Origin: Erysipelotrichaceae bacterium MTC7
GTDB taxonomy: Bacteria > Bacillota_I > Bacilli_A > Erysipelotrichales > Erysipelotrichaceae
Direction of reading: 5' to 3'
Assembly: GCA_001695645.1 (NCBI GenBank)
Contig: LVZN01000078.1
Coordinates: forward strand, 30,001 to 62,000
DNA length: 32,000 nt
Below, one piece after another: positions 24,050-32,000 of this stretch. Within the stretch, counting starts at the first letter, position 1; every line of letters begins with the position of its first letter. The notes beneath the pieces were generated by a model. The model did no database searches. It was not told where the DNA came from and saw only the letters and a list, made by a program, of their open reading frames with translations. Both the position numbers and the translations under genes were made by a program.

Positions 24050-24757
24050 ATGAGATATGGATTAAAAGTATTTTTAAGTGCAATACTTGCTTTGTGCATC
24101 TGGGTTGGTGTGCTTTTTGGTTGCGTGGAAGGCTTTGCCTTACAGCGTAGTTTTTTTGAAAGCCAAGACGCCAGACTTGGGATACATGAACGTATGCATG
24201 TTAGCGAAGACGATTATACAAAGGCAATGGGCAATGTATTAAGCTACATCAAAGGTGAACGTGATTCCATTTCCACAAACATTACCTACAATGATAAAGC
24301 GCGCGACATGTTTAATGAAAAAGAAGCAGAACACATGGTTGATGTCAAAGACTTATATTTGAACTTTCGCTTTGTGGCGATTGTTTGTGTAGTGTTTGCC
24401 GTTTTGTTACTGCTGATTCTAATCTTGGATGCACCAAGGGAATTCATTGCAGTATTTAGTGTTGGTTATTTACGAATGAGTATCATTTTTATGATATGTC
24501 TAGGTGCACTAGGAATTTATGCAGCCATTGATTTTACCAGTTTTTGGAATGCTTTTCATGGAGTATTCTTTTCCAATGATTTATGGTTGTTAAATCCAGC
24601 AACGGACTTTATGATACGCATGCTGCCAGAAGCGGTTTTTCAAGCCTTGGTTACACGCATCTTGCTTGTCTTTGTTGGGGTGTTTATGATCATTGGACTT
24701 GGTTGTTTCATCTATTTATTACGAAGAAAGAAAGCGAGCCTAGTCTTGTATTCTTAA
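24050..24757 (+). CDS. TIGR01906/DUF1461-family integral membrane protein (family of the Lit lipoprotein intramolecular transacylase)
   Basis: N-terminal TM helix, a soluble loop and three C-terminal TM helices. The motif FWNAFHGVFFSNDLWLLNPATDFMIRMLPEAVF is typical of DUF1461. The start is uncertain: ATG 24050 or GTG 24017, neither with an SD. Confidence 0.6.
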   Translation: MRYGLKVFLSAILALCIWVGVLFGCVEGFALQRSFFESQDARLGIHERMHVSEDDYTKAMGNVLSYIKGERDSISTNITYNDKARDMFNEKEAEHMVDVKDLYLNFRFVAIVCVVFAVLLLLILILDAPREFIAVFSVGYLRMSIIFMICLGALGIYAAIDFTSFWNAFHGVFFSNDLWLLNPATDFMIRMLPEAVFQALVTRILLVFVGVFMIIGLGCFIYLLRRKKASLVLYS

Positions 24758-24806
24758 GTAAACAAGCGTAAAATAATTAACAAATATAAAATAAGGGGGA
24801 GTGATT

Positions 24807-25868
24807 ATGAATATCAAAATTACCAGAGCAGAAACTTTAAAAGCAAAGCCAAGTAACGAAGAAGACTTAGGATTTGGTAAATATTACACAGACCATATGT
24901 TTATGATGGACTGGAGTGTAGATGAGGGATGGCACAATGCACAAATTATCCCATATGGACCAATCCCAATGGATCCTGCAAGTATGGTGTTACACTATGC
25001 GCAAGAAACATTTGAAGGACTTAAAGCCTACCGTAACGGTGATGATATTTTAATCTTCCGTCCGGAAATGAATGCATTACGTATGCAAAAAAGCAACGAG
25101 CGTTTATGTATGGCAGAAGTGCCAGAAGACATTTTCGTAGAAGCAGTAGAAGCACTTGTGCGTTACGAAAAGGATTGGATTCCATCAAGTGAAGGAACTT
25201 CGCTTTACATTCGTCCATTTTGTTTTGCGACAGAAGCAGCAGTTGGTGTACATCCAGCAACATCGTATAAATTCATGGTGATCTTAAGTCCAGTTGGACA
25301 GTATTACCCAGAAGGTGTTAACCCGGTTAAAATCTTCGTAGAAGATGAGTATGTACGTGCTGTAGTTGGTGGAACCGGATTTGCCAAGTGTGGTGGAAAC
25401 TACGCAGCAAGTATTATTGGTCAAGTAAAAGCACAAGATGCTGGCTATACCCAAGTGCTATGGTTAGATGGTGTACACCGTACGTATGTAGAAGAAGTAG
25501 GAACGATGAATGTCATGTTCGTGGTTGATGGAGAAATTCTTACACCACCTCTGGAAGGTAGTGTTCTGCCAGGAATCACGCGAGATTCATGCATCACCAT
25601 CTTAAAAGATTGGGGTTATACAGTTAAAGAAACACACATTGATATCAACGATTTGATGGCGTGGGCAAAAAGTGGAAAACTCCAAGAAGCCTTTGGAACA
25701 GGAACTGCAGCTGTTATTTCACCAATTGGAGAACTTTACTACAAAGGGGATGAACAAATCATCAATAACTTTGAAACCGGAGAAGTTACACAAAGACTGT
25801 ATGAAACATTAACCGGAATTCAATGGGGTAAAATTGCTGACCCATATGGATGGGTGCGTAAAGTTTAA
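24807..25868 (+). CDS. ilvE: Branched-chain amino acid aminotransferase
   Basis: Fold-type IV aminotransferase of the roughly 355-aa Firmicute class (YTDHMF..., EGLKAYR, GGTGFAKCGGNYAAS, VLPGITR). ATG 24807 follows AAGGGGGAG. Confidence 0.9.
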   Translation: MNIKITRAETLKAKPSNEEDLGFGKYYTDHMFMMDWSVDEGWHNAQIIPYGPIPMDPASMVLHYAQETFEGLKAYRNGDDILIFRPEMNALRMQKSNERLCMAEVPEDIFVEAVEALVRYEKDWIPSSEGTSLYIRPFCFATEAAVGVHPATSYKFMVILSPVGQYYPEGVNPVKIFVEDEYVRAVVGGTGFAKCGGNYAASIIGQVKAQDAGYTQVLWLDGVHRTYVEEVGTMNVMFVVDGEILTPPLEGSVLPGITRDSCITILKDWGYTVKETHIDINDLMAWAKSGKLQEAFGTGTAAVISPIGELYYKGDEQIINNFETGEVTQRLYETLTGIQWGKIADPYGWVRKV

Positions 25869-26425
25869 TGCGTGATATTATCCTAGCCAGCCAAAGTCCT
25901 CGACGCAAAGAGTTGATGGAAAGTGTTGGCATACCTTTTAGGGTGATGGTCAGTGATAGTGAAGAGGTGTTCAATGAAGCCATTGCCATTGAGGATGCCA
26001 TTCAAGAAGTTGCCATTGCCAAAGCACAATCCATTGCTAAGCAGCATCCAGAAAGCATCGTCATCGGTTGTGACACCATTGTTTATCAAAATGGTAAAAT
26101 CTTAGGAAAACCAAAGGATCAAGAAGAAGCTTTTCAGATGTTGAAGTCATATAGCAATAGCAGTCACCAAGTCATTAGCGGTGTTGCAATTATTGCAAAT
26201 GGAAAAATAGAATCGTTTGCAAGTGTAACAGAGGTTCATTTTTATCCGTTAAGTGATGAAGAAATCCTTGCATATATCGAAGCGGAACAACCATACGACA
26301 AAGCAGGAGCCTATGGAATTCAAGAAAAAGCAAAAGCATTTGTGAAATCAATTGATGGAGATTACTTTACCATCATGGGTTTACCAATTGCAGCTCTATA
26401 TCAAAGATTGAAGAAGTTTCAGTAA
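25868..26425 (+). CDS. maf: Maf-like nucleoside triphosphate pyrophosphatase
   Basis: ILASQSPRRKELM N-terminal motif, GCDT and KAGAYGIQ motifs. The start overlaps the ilvE stop (TAATG). Confidence 0.9.
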   Translation: MRDIILASQSPRRKELMESVGIPFRVMVSDSEEVFNEAIAIEDAIQEVAIAKAQSIAKQHPESIVIGCDTIVYQNGKILGKPKDQEEAFQMLKSYSNSSHQVISGVAIIANGKIESFASVTEVHFYPLSDEEILAYIEAEQPYDKAGAYGIQEKAKAFVKSIDGDYFTIMGLPIAALYQRLKKFQ

Positions 26426-26441
26426 ATGAAGCTTCTTTTTT
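26412..26441 (+). terminator. Rho-independent terminator after maf
   Basis: AGAAGTTTCA pairs with TGAAGCTTCT (10 bp, one G.U pair), followed by a T6 run. Confidence 0.75.
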
Positions 26442-26485
26442 GCATACATATCCGTTTTCTTCATATAACAAAGCCCATGGAATTA

Positions 26486-26494
26486 TGCTATAAT
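26486..26494 (+). promoter_or_regulatory. Candidate extended -10 promoter element (TGcTATAAT) for cdaA-cdaR-glmM
   Basis: TGCTATAAT lies 24 nt upstream of the cdaA ATG. The -35 region is weak. Confidence 0.4.
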
Positions 26495-26517
26495 TGAAAA
26501 GAAAAAACGAGGTGTTT

Positions 26518-27501
26518 ATGTTAAATTACTTGACCTTAAGCAATGTCATAGCAGTCTTGCGAATCGTCCTCGACGTTGGTGTCGTGGCGATTGTGATTTA
26601 TTACTGTTTGAAAATTGTAAAAAATAACTCTAGAACCATTCAGCTGGTGAAAGGGATTTTGTTTGTGCTTTTGGTAAATTGGATTGCACAAACCTTAGAA
26701 TTACGAACCATTGAATTTATTACAACGCAATTTCTAAACTGGGGAGTATTGGTTATCTTCATCATCTTCCAACCAGAAATTCGTTCACTCTTAGAAAAGT
26801 TAGGAAAGACGACATTTTCGAGTATTTCCAATTTGAATCAAGACCAAAAGGAACGTTTGATTGATGAACTTGTTCGCTCGACAAACGATCTTGCTAACAC
26901 CAAAACAGGAGCCTTAATTTGTCTTGAACAAACCAACTCTTTGGATGATTATATTGCAACAGGAACCGCACTGGATGCAGATGTTAGTGATGAATTGTTA
27001 GGGACGATCTTCTGGGAAGGAACGCCACTTCATGATGGAGCGGTCATCATTCGTGGAAATCGTATTGCTTGTGCAAGTGCATTTTTCCCGCCAACTGCAC
27101 GTGAATTTCCACGACAATACGGTGCGCGACATCGTGCTGCTGTTGGGATTAGTGAGATTAGCGATAGTGTAACCATTGTTGTCTCTGAGGAAACGGGTAA
27201 TATTTCCATTGCAAAAGATGGTATTTTAACCCAAGTGAATACGGGAAGTTTGCGTGCTGCTTTAGTGACAGCCCTACAAGCGACAGAAAGCCCAACTTCC
27301 AACAATCAAGGAGAAGCAAAAAGACCAACAAAACCAACCAAACAAACAGATGCACCGCTAAAAGAGGCAACGCTTGTAGAGGAACCAAAAACGCGTAAAA
27401 AAATACAAGCAGATGCAATTGTGATTCAACCAAGCAAACCTTCGAGTTCAAAAACAAAAGAAACGAAGGCGAAAGGAGGAAAAACAAATGCGAAAAAATA
27501 A
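26518..27501 (+). CDS. cdaA: Diadenylate cyclase CdaA with a C-terminal K/P/T/S-rich extension of about 70 aa
   Basis: Three N-terminal TM helices and a DAC domain with the motifs TPLHDGAVII and GARHRAAVG. ATG 26518 follows GAGGTG. The ORF-track TTG 26494 lies inside the -10 element. Confidence 0.93.
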   Translation: MLNYLTLSNVIAVLRIVLDVGVVAIVIYYCLKIVKNNSRTIQLVKGILFVLLVNWIAQTLELRTIEFITTQFLNWGVLVIFIIFQPEIRSLLEKLGKTTFSSISNLNQDQKERLIDELVRSTNDLANTKTGALICLEQTNSLDDYIATGTALDADVSDELLGTIFWEGTPLHDGAVIIRGNRIACASAFFPPTAREFPRQYGARHRAAVGISEISDSVTIVVSEETGNISIAKDGILTQVNTGSLRAALVTALQATESPTSNNQGEAKRPTKPTKQTDAPLKEATLVEEPKTRKKIQADAIVIQPSKPSSSKTKETKAKGGKTNAKK

Positions 27502-28843
27502 AGGAAAACGCACCGAAATTCCTCAACCAATTGTGAAGAGTACTAAATCGTTTAAGAAAACCTATTCGAAAGCTGAAGCTTATGTTTTACATTTGTTTAG
27601 CATTCTCTCTAAGTGGGTTGATAAAATCTTATTTAGTAAAAGGTATGGAAAACTTATTGCAGTGGCGATTGCCGCACTGATGTTTGCGGTTGTTTCGCAA
27701 GATATTGAAGGAAACATCTTTACCAATCAAATTCGTTCGGCAACGGAATTGAAAGATATTAAAGTTGTTACGGATATTTCTTTATCAACATATGAAGTCG
27801 TAGATTTACCCGAAACGGTGAATGTAACCATTACAGGAGATGCTGGTGATGTCCAATACGCAAGTCAAAAGAAAGATAATTATCAAGTACTTGCAAACTT
27901 AAGTAGTGTCGGAGAAGGTACCTATGAGGTAGAACTGGTTCCACTAAATTTCTCTGATAAAGTAGATGTTACGGTCAACCCTTCGGTTGCCTTAGTGACG
28001 GTTCGTAAAAAAGTCAGTCGAAGTTTCTCGCTTGGTTATGATTTTGTTAATATGAACCAGATGGATGATATCTATAGCTTATCTGAACCCGTATTTGATC
28101 AAAATGAAGTGATCATTCGTGCAAGTGATGAACGAATGCAAGAAATAGCTTATGTGAAAGCGTTGATTGATGTCGCAAATAAAAAAGCGGATTTCCGTCA
28201 AGATGCTGAAATTGTTGCTTATAATGCAACAGGGGATAAACTCGATGTCGATATTTTACCAACGACAGTTGGAGTAGAAGTCACAGTGAGTTCGCCACAT
28301 AAAGTTGTGCCGATTCGACTAGACTTCACGGGTGAATTACCAGATGGCGTAGCCATTGAAAACTTTACTTCAGATCAAGAAGAAGTGGTGATTTATGGAT
28401 CTGAGAAGGTGCTAGATAAACTAGATGAATTGGTGGTTAGTATTCCGCTCAATAACATCACCAAAGATATGAGTACAAAAACGGTAACAGTTCCAGTCAA
28501 ATTACCAAATGGAACAGCAGTAAAAGGTGATAGTTTAACCTTAAGTGTCAAAGTAAACTTTGGCAAAGGAAAAACCAAAACCTTTGATAGTGTACGGGTG
28601 CGCTTTGCCAATCTAAAAGAAGGTTTGGGCGTGCGCAATGCAGATGCCATTGTACAAAGTGTAACTGTCAGTGGATCAGAAGAAATCATTGATAAACTAA
28701 AAGCAGAAGATATCCAATTGGTCGCTGATTTGCAGGACTGTGAAGCAGCGGGTACCTATGATATTCGCCTGCAACTAAAAAATGCAAACAATCAATTGCG
28801 ATATAAAATAGACGACGATGAAATCGAAATACAAATACAATAG
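27488..28843 (+). CDS. cdaR: CdaA regulator CdaR (YbbR-domain repeats)
   Basis: SD AAAGGAGGA 6 nt upstream. Overlaps cdaA by 14 nt. One TM helix (LIAVAIAALMFAVV) is followed by four repeated beta-rich YbbR-like modules. The cdaA-cdaR-glmM synteny is conserved. Confidence 0.85.
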   Translation: MRKNKGKRTEIPQPIVKSTKSFKKTYSKAEAYVLHLFSILSKWVDKILFSKRYGKLIAVAIAALMFAVVSQDIEGNIFTNQIRSATELKDIKVVTDISLSTYEVVDLPETVNVTITGDAGDVQYASQKKDNYQVLANLSSVGEGTYEVELVPLNFSDKVDVTVNPSVALVTVRKKVSRSFSLGYDFVNMNQMDDIYSLSEPVFDQNEVIIRASDERMQEIAYVKALIDVANKKADFRQDAEIVAYNATGDKLDVDILPTTVGVEVTVSSPHKVVPIRLDFTGELPDGVAIENFTSDQEEVVIYGSEKVLDKLDELVVSIPLNNITKDMSTKTVTVPVKLPNGTAVKGDSLTLSVKVNFGKGKTKTFDSVRVRFANLKEGLGVRNADAIVQSVTVSGSEEIIDKLKAEDIQLVADLQDCEAAGTYDIRLQLKNANNQLRYKIDDDEIEIQIQ

Positions 28844-28854
28844 AGGAGTGTAAC

Positions 28855-30192
28855 ATGGGTAAATATTTTGGAACGGACGGAGTCCGTGGAAAAGCGAATG
28901 AGAAATTAACATTGGATATGGCTGTAAAAATTGGTCAATATTTAGGGTACCATTTCTCAAAAAACAAGAAAGCGAAAATTATTATTGGAAAGGATACACG
29001 TCTTTCAAGTGATATGTTTGAATTGGCGATTAGTGCAGGTGCAACCAGTACTGGAGCCAATGTATATGTGGTTGGAGTTTGTCCAACACCATGTATTTCA
29101 TATTTGGTAAAACAAGAACACTTTGATTGCGGTGTGATGATTAGTGCTTCACACAACCCGTTCTATGACAATGGAATTAAACTGTTCAACTTTGAAGGAA
29201 GGAAAATGGATCCAACCTTAGAAGAAACCATTGAAAAGTACATGGATGGTGAAATCAAAATTGAAGCTGCAAAAGGTGACGACATTGGAAAAGTAGTTGA
29301 TTTTGCAAGTGGTTTGGCTATTTATGAAAGTTATTTGAAAAATACAATCAATCACATTGATGCAACGGGTTTAAGCGTTGCCTTGGATTTGGCTAATGGT
29401 AGTGCGACAAGTTCAGCAGTTGATTTGTTTACAGATTTAGGGATGGATGTAAAGGTTATCCACTCCATGCCAAATGGGACAAACATCAACAATCACTGTG
29501 GGTCTACACACCCAGAGGATTTACAAGAATTAATGCGTACAGGTAAATATGACGTTGGATTTGCTTTTGATGGTGATGCTGACCGCTTAATTGCAGTTGA
29601 TGAAGATGGTAGTCTTTTTGATGGAGATTACATTTTATATACGACAAGTCGCTATTTAAGTGAAAAAGGTCGTTTGAACGATAATGTTGTTGTCACAACA
29701 GTAATGGCAAATTTAGGGTTATACAAGGCGTTGGATGAAGTTGGAATTACGTATGTTCAAACTCCAGTTGGTGACAAATACGTAACCGAAGAAATGGAAA
29801 AAAACAACTATTCACTCGGTGGAGAACAATCTGGACACATCATTTTCCGTGAACACGCCGTAACTGGTGACGGTTTACTTAGTGCTTTGATGTTAGTAGA
29901 AATGATGAAATCTACAGGTAAAAGTTTGAAAGAACTAGGTGAAGAATTATTTATCTATCCACAACTTTTAATCAATGTAGAAGTAAAAGATAAAGAAGCA
30001 GCATTAACAAATGCAGGGTTACAAGCCATGGTTGATGAAGTTGCAAATGAACTAGGAGCTGAAGGTCGTATTTTGGTACGTCCAAGTGGAACAGAACCAC
30101 TTGTTCGCGTGATGGTAGAAGCAAAAACCGATGCACTTTGCGAGAAATACGTACATCAAGTTGTCGATTATATTAAAGCACAAGGACTGTAA
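28855..30192 (+). CDS. glmM: Phosphoglucosamine mutase
   Basis: MGKYFGTDGVRG N-terminus, the active-site motif SASHNP, the metal-binding motif FDGDADR, and GEQSGH. Confidence 0.96.
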   Translation: MGKYFGTDGVRGKANEKLTLDMAVKIGQYLGYHFSKNKKAKIIIGKDTRLSSDMFELAISAGATSTGANVYVVGVCPTPCISYLVKQEHFDCGVMISASHNPFYDNGIKLFNFEGRKMDPTLEETIEKYMDGEIKIEAAKGDDIGKVVDFASGLAIYESYLKNTINHIDATGLSVALDLANGSATSSAVDLFTDLGMDVKVIHSMPNGTNINNHCGSTHPEDLQELMRTGKYDVGFAFDGDADRLIAVDEDGSLFDGDYILYTTSRYLSEKGRLNDNVVVTTVMANLGLYKALDEVGITYVQTPVGDKYVTEEMEKNNYSLGGEQSGHIIFREHAVTGDGLLSALMLVEMMKSTGKSLKELGEELFIYPQLLINVEVKDKEAALTNAGLQAMVDEVANELGAEGRILVRPSGTEPLVRVMVEAKTDALCEKYVHQVVDYIKAQGL

Positions 30193-30235
30193 TCTGCCCC
30201 TAGGCAGTAAAGTCCTTTTTTCTATCACATAATTT

Positions 30236-30244
30236 TGTTACAAT
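30236..30244 (+). promoter_or_regulatory. Candidate extended -10 element (TGtTACAAT) for the two-component operon
   Basis: TGTTACAAT lies 22 nt upstream of ATG 30267. No clear -35 element. Confidence 0.3.
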
Positions 30245-30266
30245 AGAGGAAGAAGAGGTGCAAATT

Positions 30267-30923
30267 ATGAAAAAAGTGATATGTGTCGTTGAAGATGAAA
30301 AAGATTTAAATGAACTAGTAAAGCGTTACTTAGAAAAAGAAGGTTATGAAGTACGCTCATATTTGACCTATCATGATGCTTACGAGCACATCAATGATGA
30401 AGATGTCCATCTATGGATCTTAGATATTATGTTGGATAATAAAAGTGGATTTGACTTGATCGAAGAAATTCGCTCACAAGGTAGTGAAATCCCTGTTATT
30501 TTTATGAGTGCACGAGATAAGGAATTTGACCGTATCATCGGGCTAGAAAAGGGTAGTGATGATTACATCACAAAACCATTCTCACCAAAAGAATTGGTAT
30601 TGCGTGTAAACAACTTGATGAAACGAGCGTACAAAGAAAGTAATCGTATTCAAATTGATGGATATGAACTTGATGAAGTGCAACGTAAAGTCTTTGAAGG
30701 AAATGTTGAAATCGACCTTACAACCAAAGAATTTGACTTATTGATGATGTTTATTCGCAACAAAGGAATTGCATTCTCACGGGAAATGATTTTGGAAAAT
30801 GTTTGGGAAGACAACTATTTTGGTAGTGACCGTGTGGTAGATGACACCTTGCGCCGTTTACGTAAGAAATTGCCAAACTTGAACATTCACACCATTTATG
30901 GATTTGGATATCGATTAGGATAA
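30267..30923 (+). CDS. OmpR/PhoB-family response regulator
   Basis: Receiver domain (VVEDE..., phospho-acceptor context WILDIMLD, KP at ITKPF) plus a winged-helix output domain (LTTKEFDLL..., GFGYRL). GTG 30258 is an alternative start. Confidence 0.9.
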   Translation: MKKVICVVEDEKDLNELVKRYLEKEGYEVRSYLTYHDAYEHINDEDVHLWILDIMLDNKSGFDLIEEIRSQGSEIPVIFMSARDKEFDRIIGLEKGSDDYITKPFSPKELVLRVNNLMKRAYKESNRIQIDGYELDEVQRKVFEGNVEIDLTTKEFDLLMMFIRNKGIAFSREMILENVWEDNYFGSDRVVDDTLRRLRKKLPNLNIHTIYGFGYRLG

Positions 30924-32000
30924 TGGAAAAGAATAATCGCTTATGGGTAAAACGACTGTCCTTGTCGCAACAATTAATTGTTTTGATTGTTTGCTTCGTG
31001 TCGTTTTTTGCCGTGTTCTTCTTTATTTTTATTAACTCAAATGTAAATAACTACACTGAAGAACAGATGTTTACACAGCTTAGTGAAACCCAAGATAATC
31101 TAAGCTACATTTATCATGCAGTGGATGTGGACTCGATTCAGCTTGCACAAAATGATAATCGAATGATTGATAGTTATTTCTTTAAGCGTGATGCAGAAGG
31201 CGTTTTTCATGTCGAATATCATGCAGACGACTTAAAAGATGACAAGCGTATTTACGCTGATGTATACAATAACTTACTGATTCAGGACAAGATTCAACAA
31301 GGCCCATTAGGTGCACTGTATCATGATGAAAGTATTGCGCACGTATACCCAGGGTCAAAATACACATACTATAGCATTCGTATTCTTGAAGATGATGTTG
31401 TCGTTGTGTCTTTGTTGAACAATGCATATATTAATGATTTCAAAAGTACGTTTGTTGAAAACGTTATTGATATTACTGTATTTGTTGTTGGGTTGTTCTT
31501 TGTGATTATGATGCTATGGGTAGGAAATATCATCCGACCATTGCATGTGATTAAAAACTATATTGATCGTATTCGGGTTGGTAAAGAAGCCACGATGAAA
31601 GTCAATCGAAAAGATGAAATTGGTGAAGTAGCTGATGCTTTGGTTACGATGCATGATGAACTTGCCAAACAAGAGAAAACCAAAGAAGAAATGATACACA
31701 ACATTTCCCATGACTTGAAAACACCAATCGCAACCATCAAATCCTACGGAGAAAGCATCAAAGATGGAATTTATCCATACGATACACTTGAAAAAAGTGT
31801 GGATGTAATTATTGATAATGCCAACCGTTTGGAAAAAAAGGTTCGTAGCTTATTGTTTATGAATCGCGTGGAATACATTTTAAGTCAAGACAGTGATGAA
31901 GTGGTAACGGACATGCGTGATGTAGTTGATACCGTTGTGTTGAATACAAAAGTCATTCGTCCAGAAATTGAAATTGAAAAAAATACAGTGTCGTCACTGT
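30923..32000 (+). CDS. Sensor histidine kinase (partial; runs off the window end)
   Basis: Absent from the ORF track because no stop is reached. The ATG overlaps the regulator stop (TAATG), and I read the frame as open to position 32000. It has two TM helices flanking an extracytoplasmic loop of about 150 aa, a HAMP-like linker and the H-box HNISHDLKTPIATI. Confidence 0.85.
   Translation, partial: MEKNNRLWVKRLSLSQQLIVLIVCFVSFFAVFFFIFINSNVNNYTEEQMFTQLSETQDNLSYIYHAVDVDSIQLAQNDNRMIDSYFFKRDAEGVFHVEYHADDLKDDKRIYADVYNNLLIQDKIQQGPLGALYHDESIAHVYPGSKYTYYSIRILEDDVVVVSLLNNAYINDFKSTFVENVIDITVFVVGLFFVIMMLWVGNIIRPLHVIKNYIDRIRVGKEATMKVNRKDEIGEVADALVTMHDELAKQEKTKEEMIHNISHDLKTPIATIKSYGESIKDGIYPYDTLEKSVDVIIDNANRLEKKVRSLLFMNRVEYILSQDSDEVVTDMRDVVDTVVLNTKVIRPEIEIEKNTVSSL

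Overview
The window has two parts. (1) Positions 1 to about 13.7 kb hold the right arm of an integrated siphovirus-type prophage. All genes are on the + strand: capsid gene 3' end, head-tail joining genes, major tail protein, G/GT tail chaperone, a 1018-aa tape measure, tail-tip and fibre proteins, three small paralogous receptor-binding-like ORFs, holin and an NlpC/P60-type endolysin. It ends in a terminator and an AT-rich region with tandem repeats. (2) Positions 13.8-32 kb hold low-GC Firmicute (Bacillota) chromosome. It carries a 7-tRNA operon on the minus strand, a DAG/lipid kinase, proBA, tRNA-Leu, an S51 peptidase and a DUF1538 membrane protein with a fused double P-II-like protein. These are followed by the glmS ribozyme and glmS, a polysaccharide deacetylase, a TIGR01906/DUF1461 membrane protein, ilvE, maf, cdaA-cdaR-glmM and an OmpR-type two-component system whose kinase is truncated by the window end. 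I found no CRISPR array, transposase, reverse transcriptase or recognisable defence operon. The most unusual items are the triple paralog cassette between fibre and holin, and the uncharacterised DUF1538/tandem-P-II operon. Others are an apparent +1 (not -1) chaperone frameshift, a probable ATT start, a repeated (TA)n element flanking the recognition/lysis module, and arm-type-like repeats at the prophage-tRNA junction. All family assignments rest on motif recognition and gene order; no database search was run.
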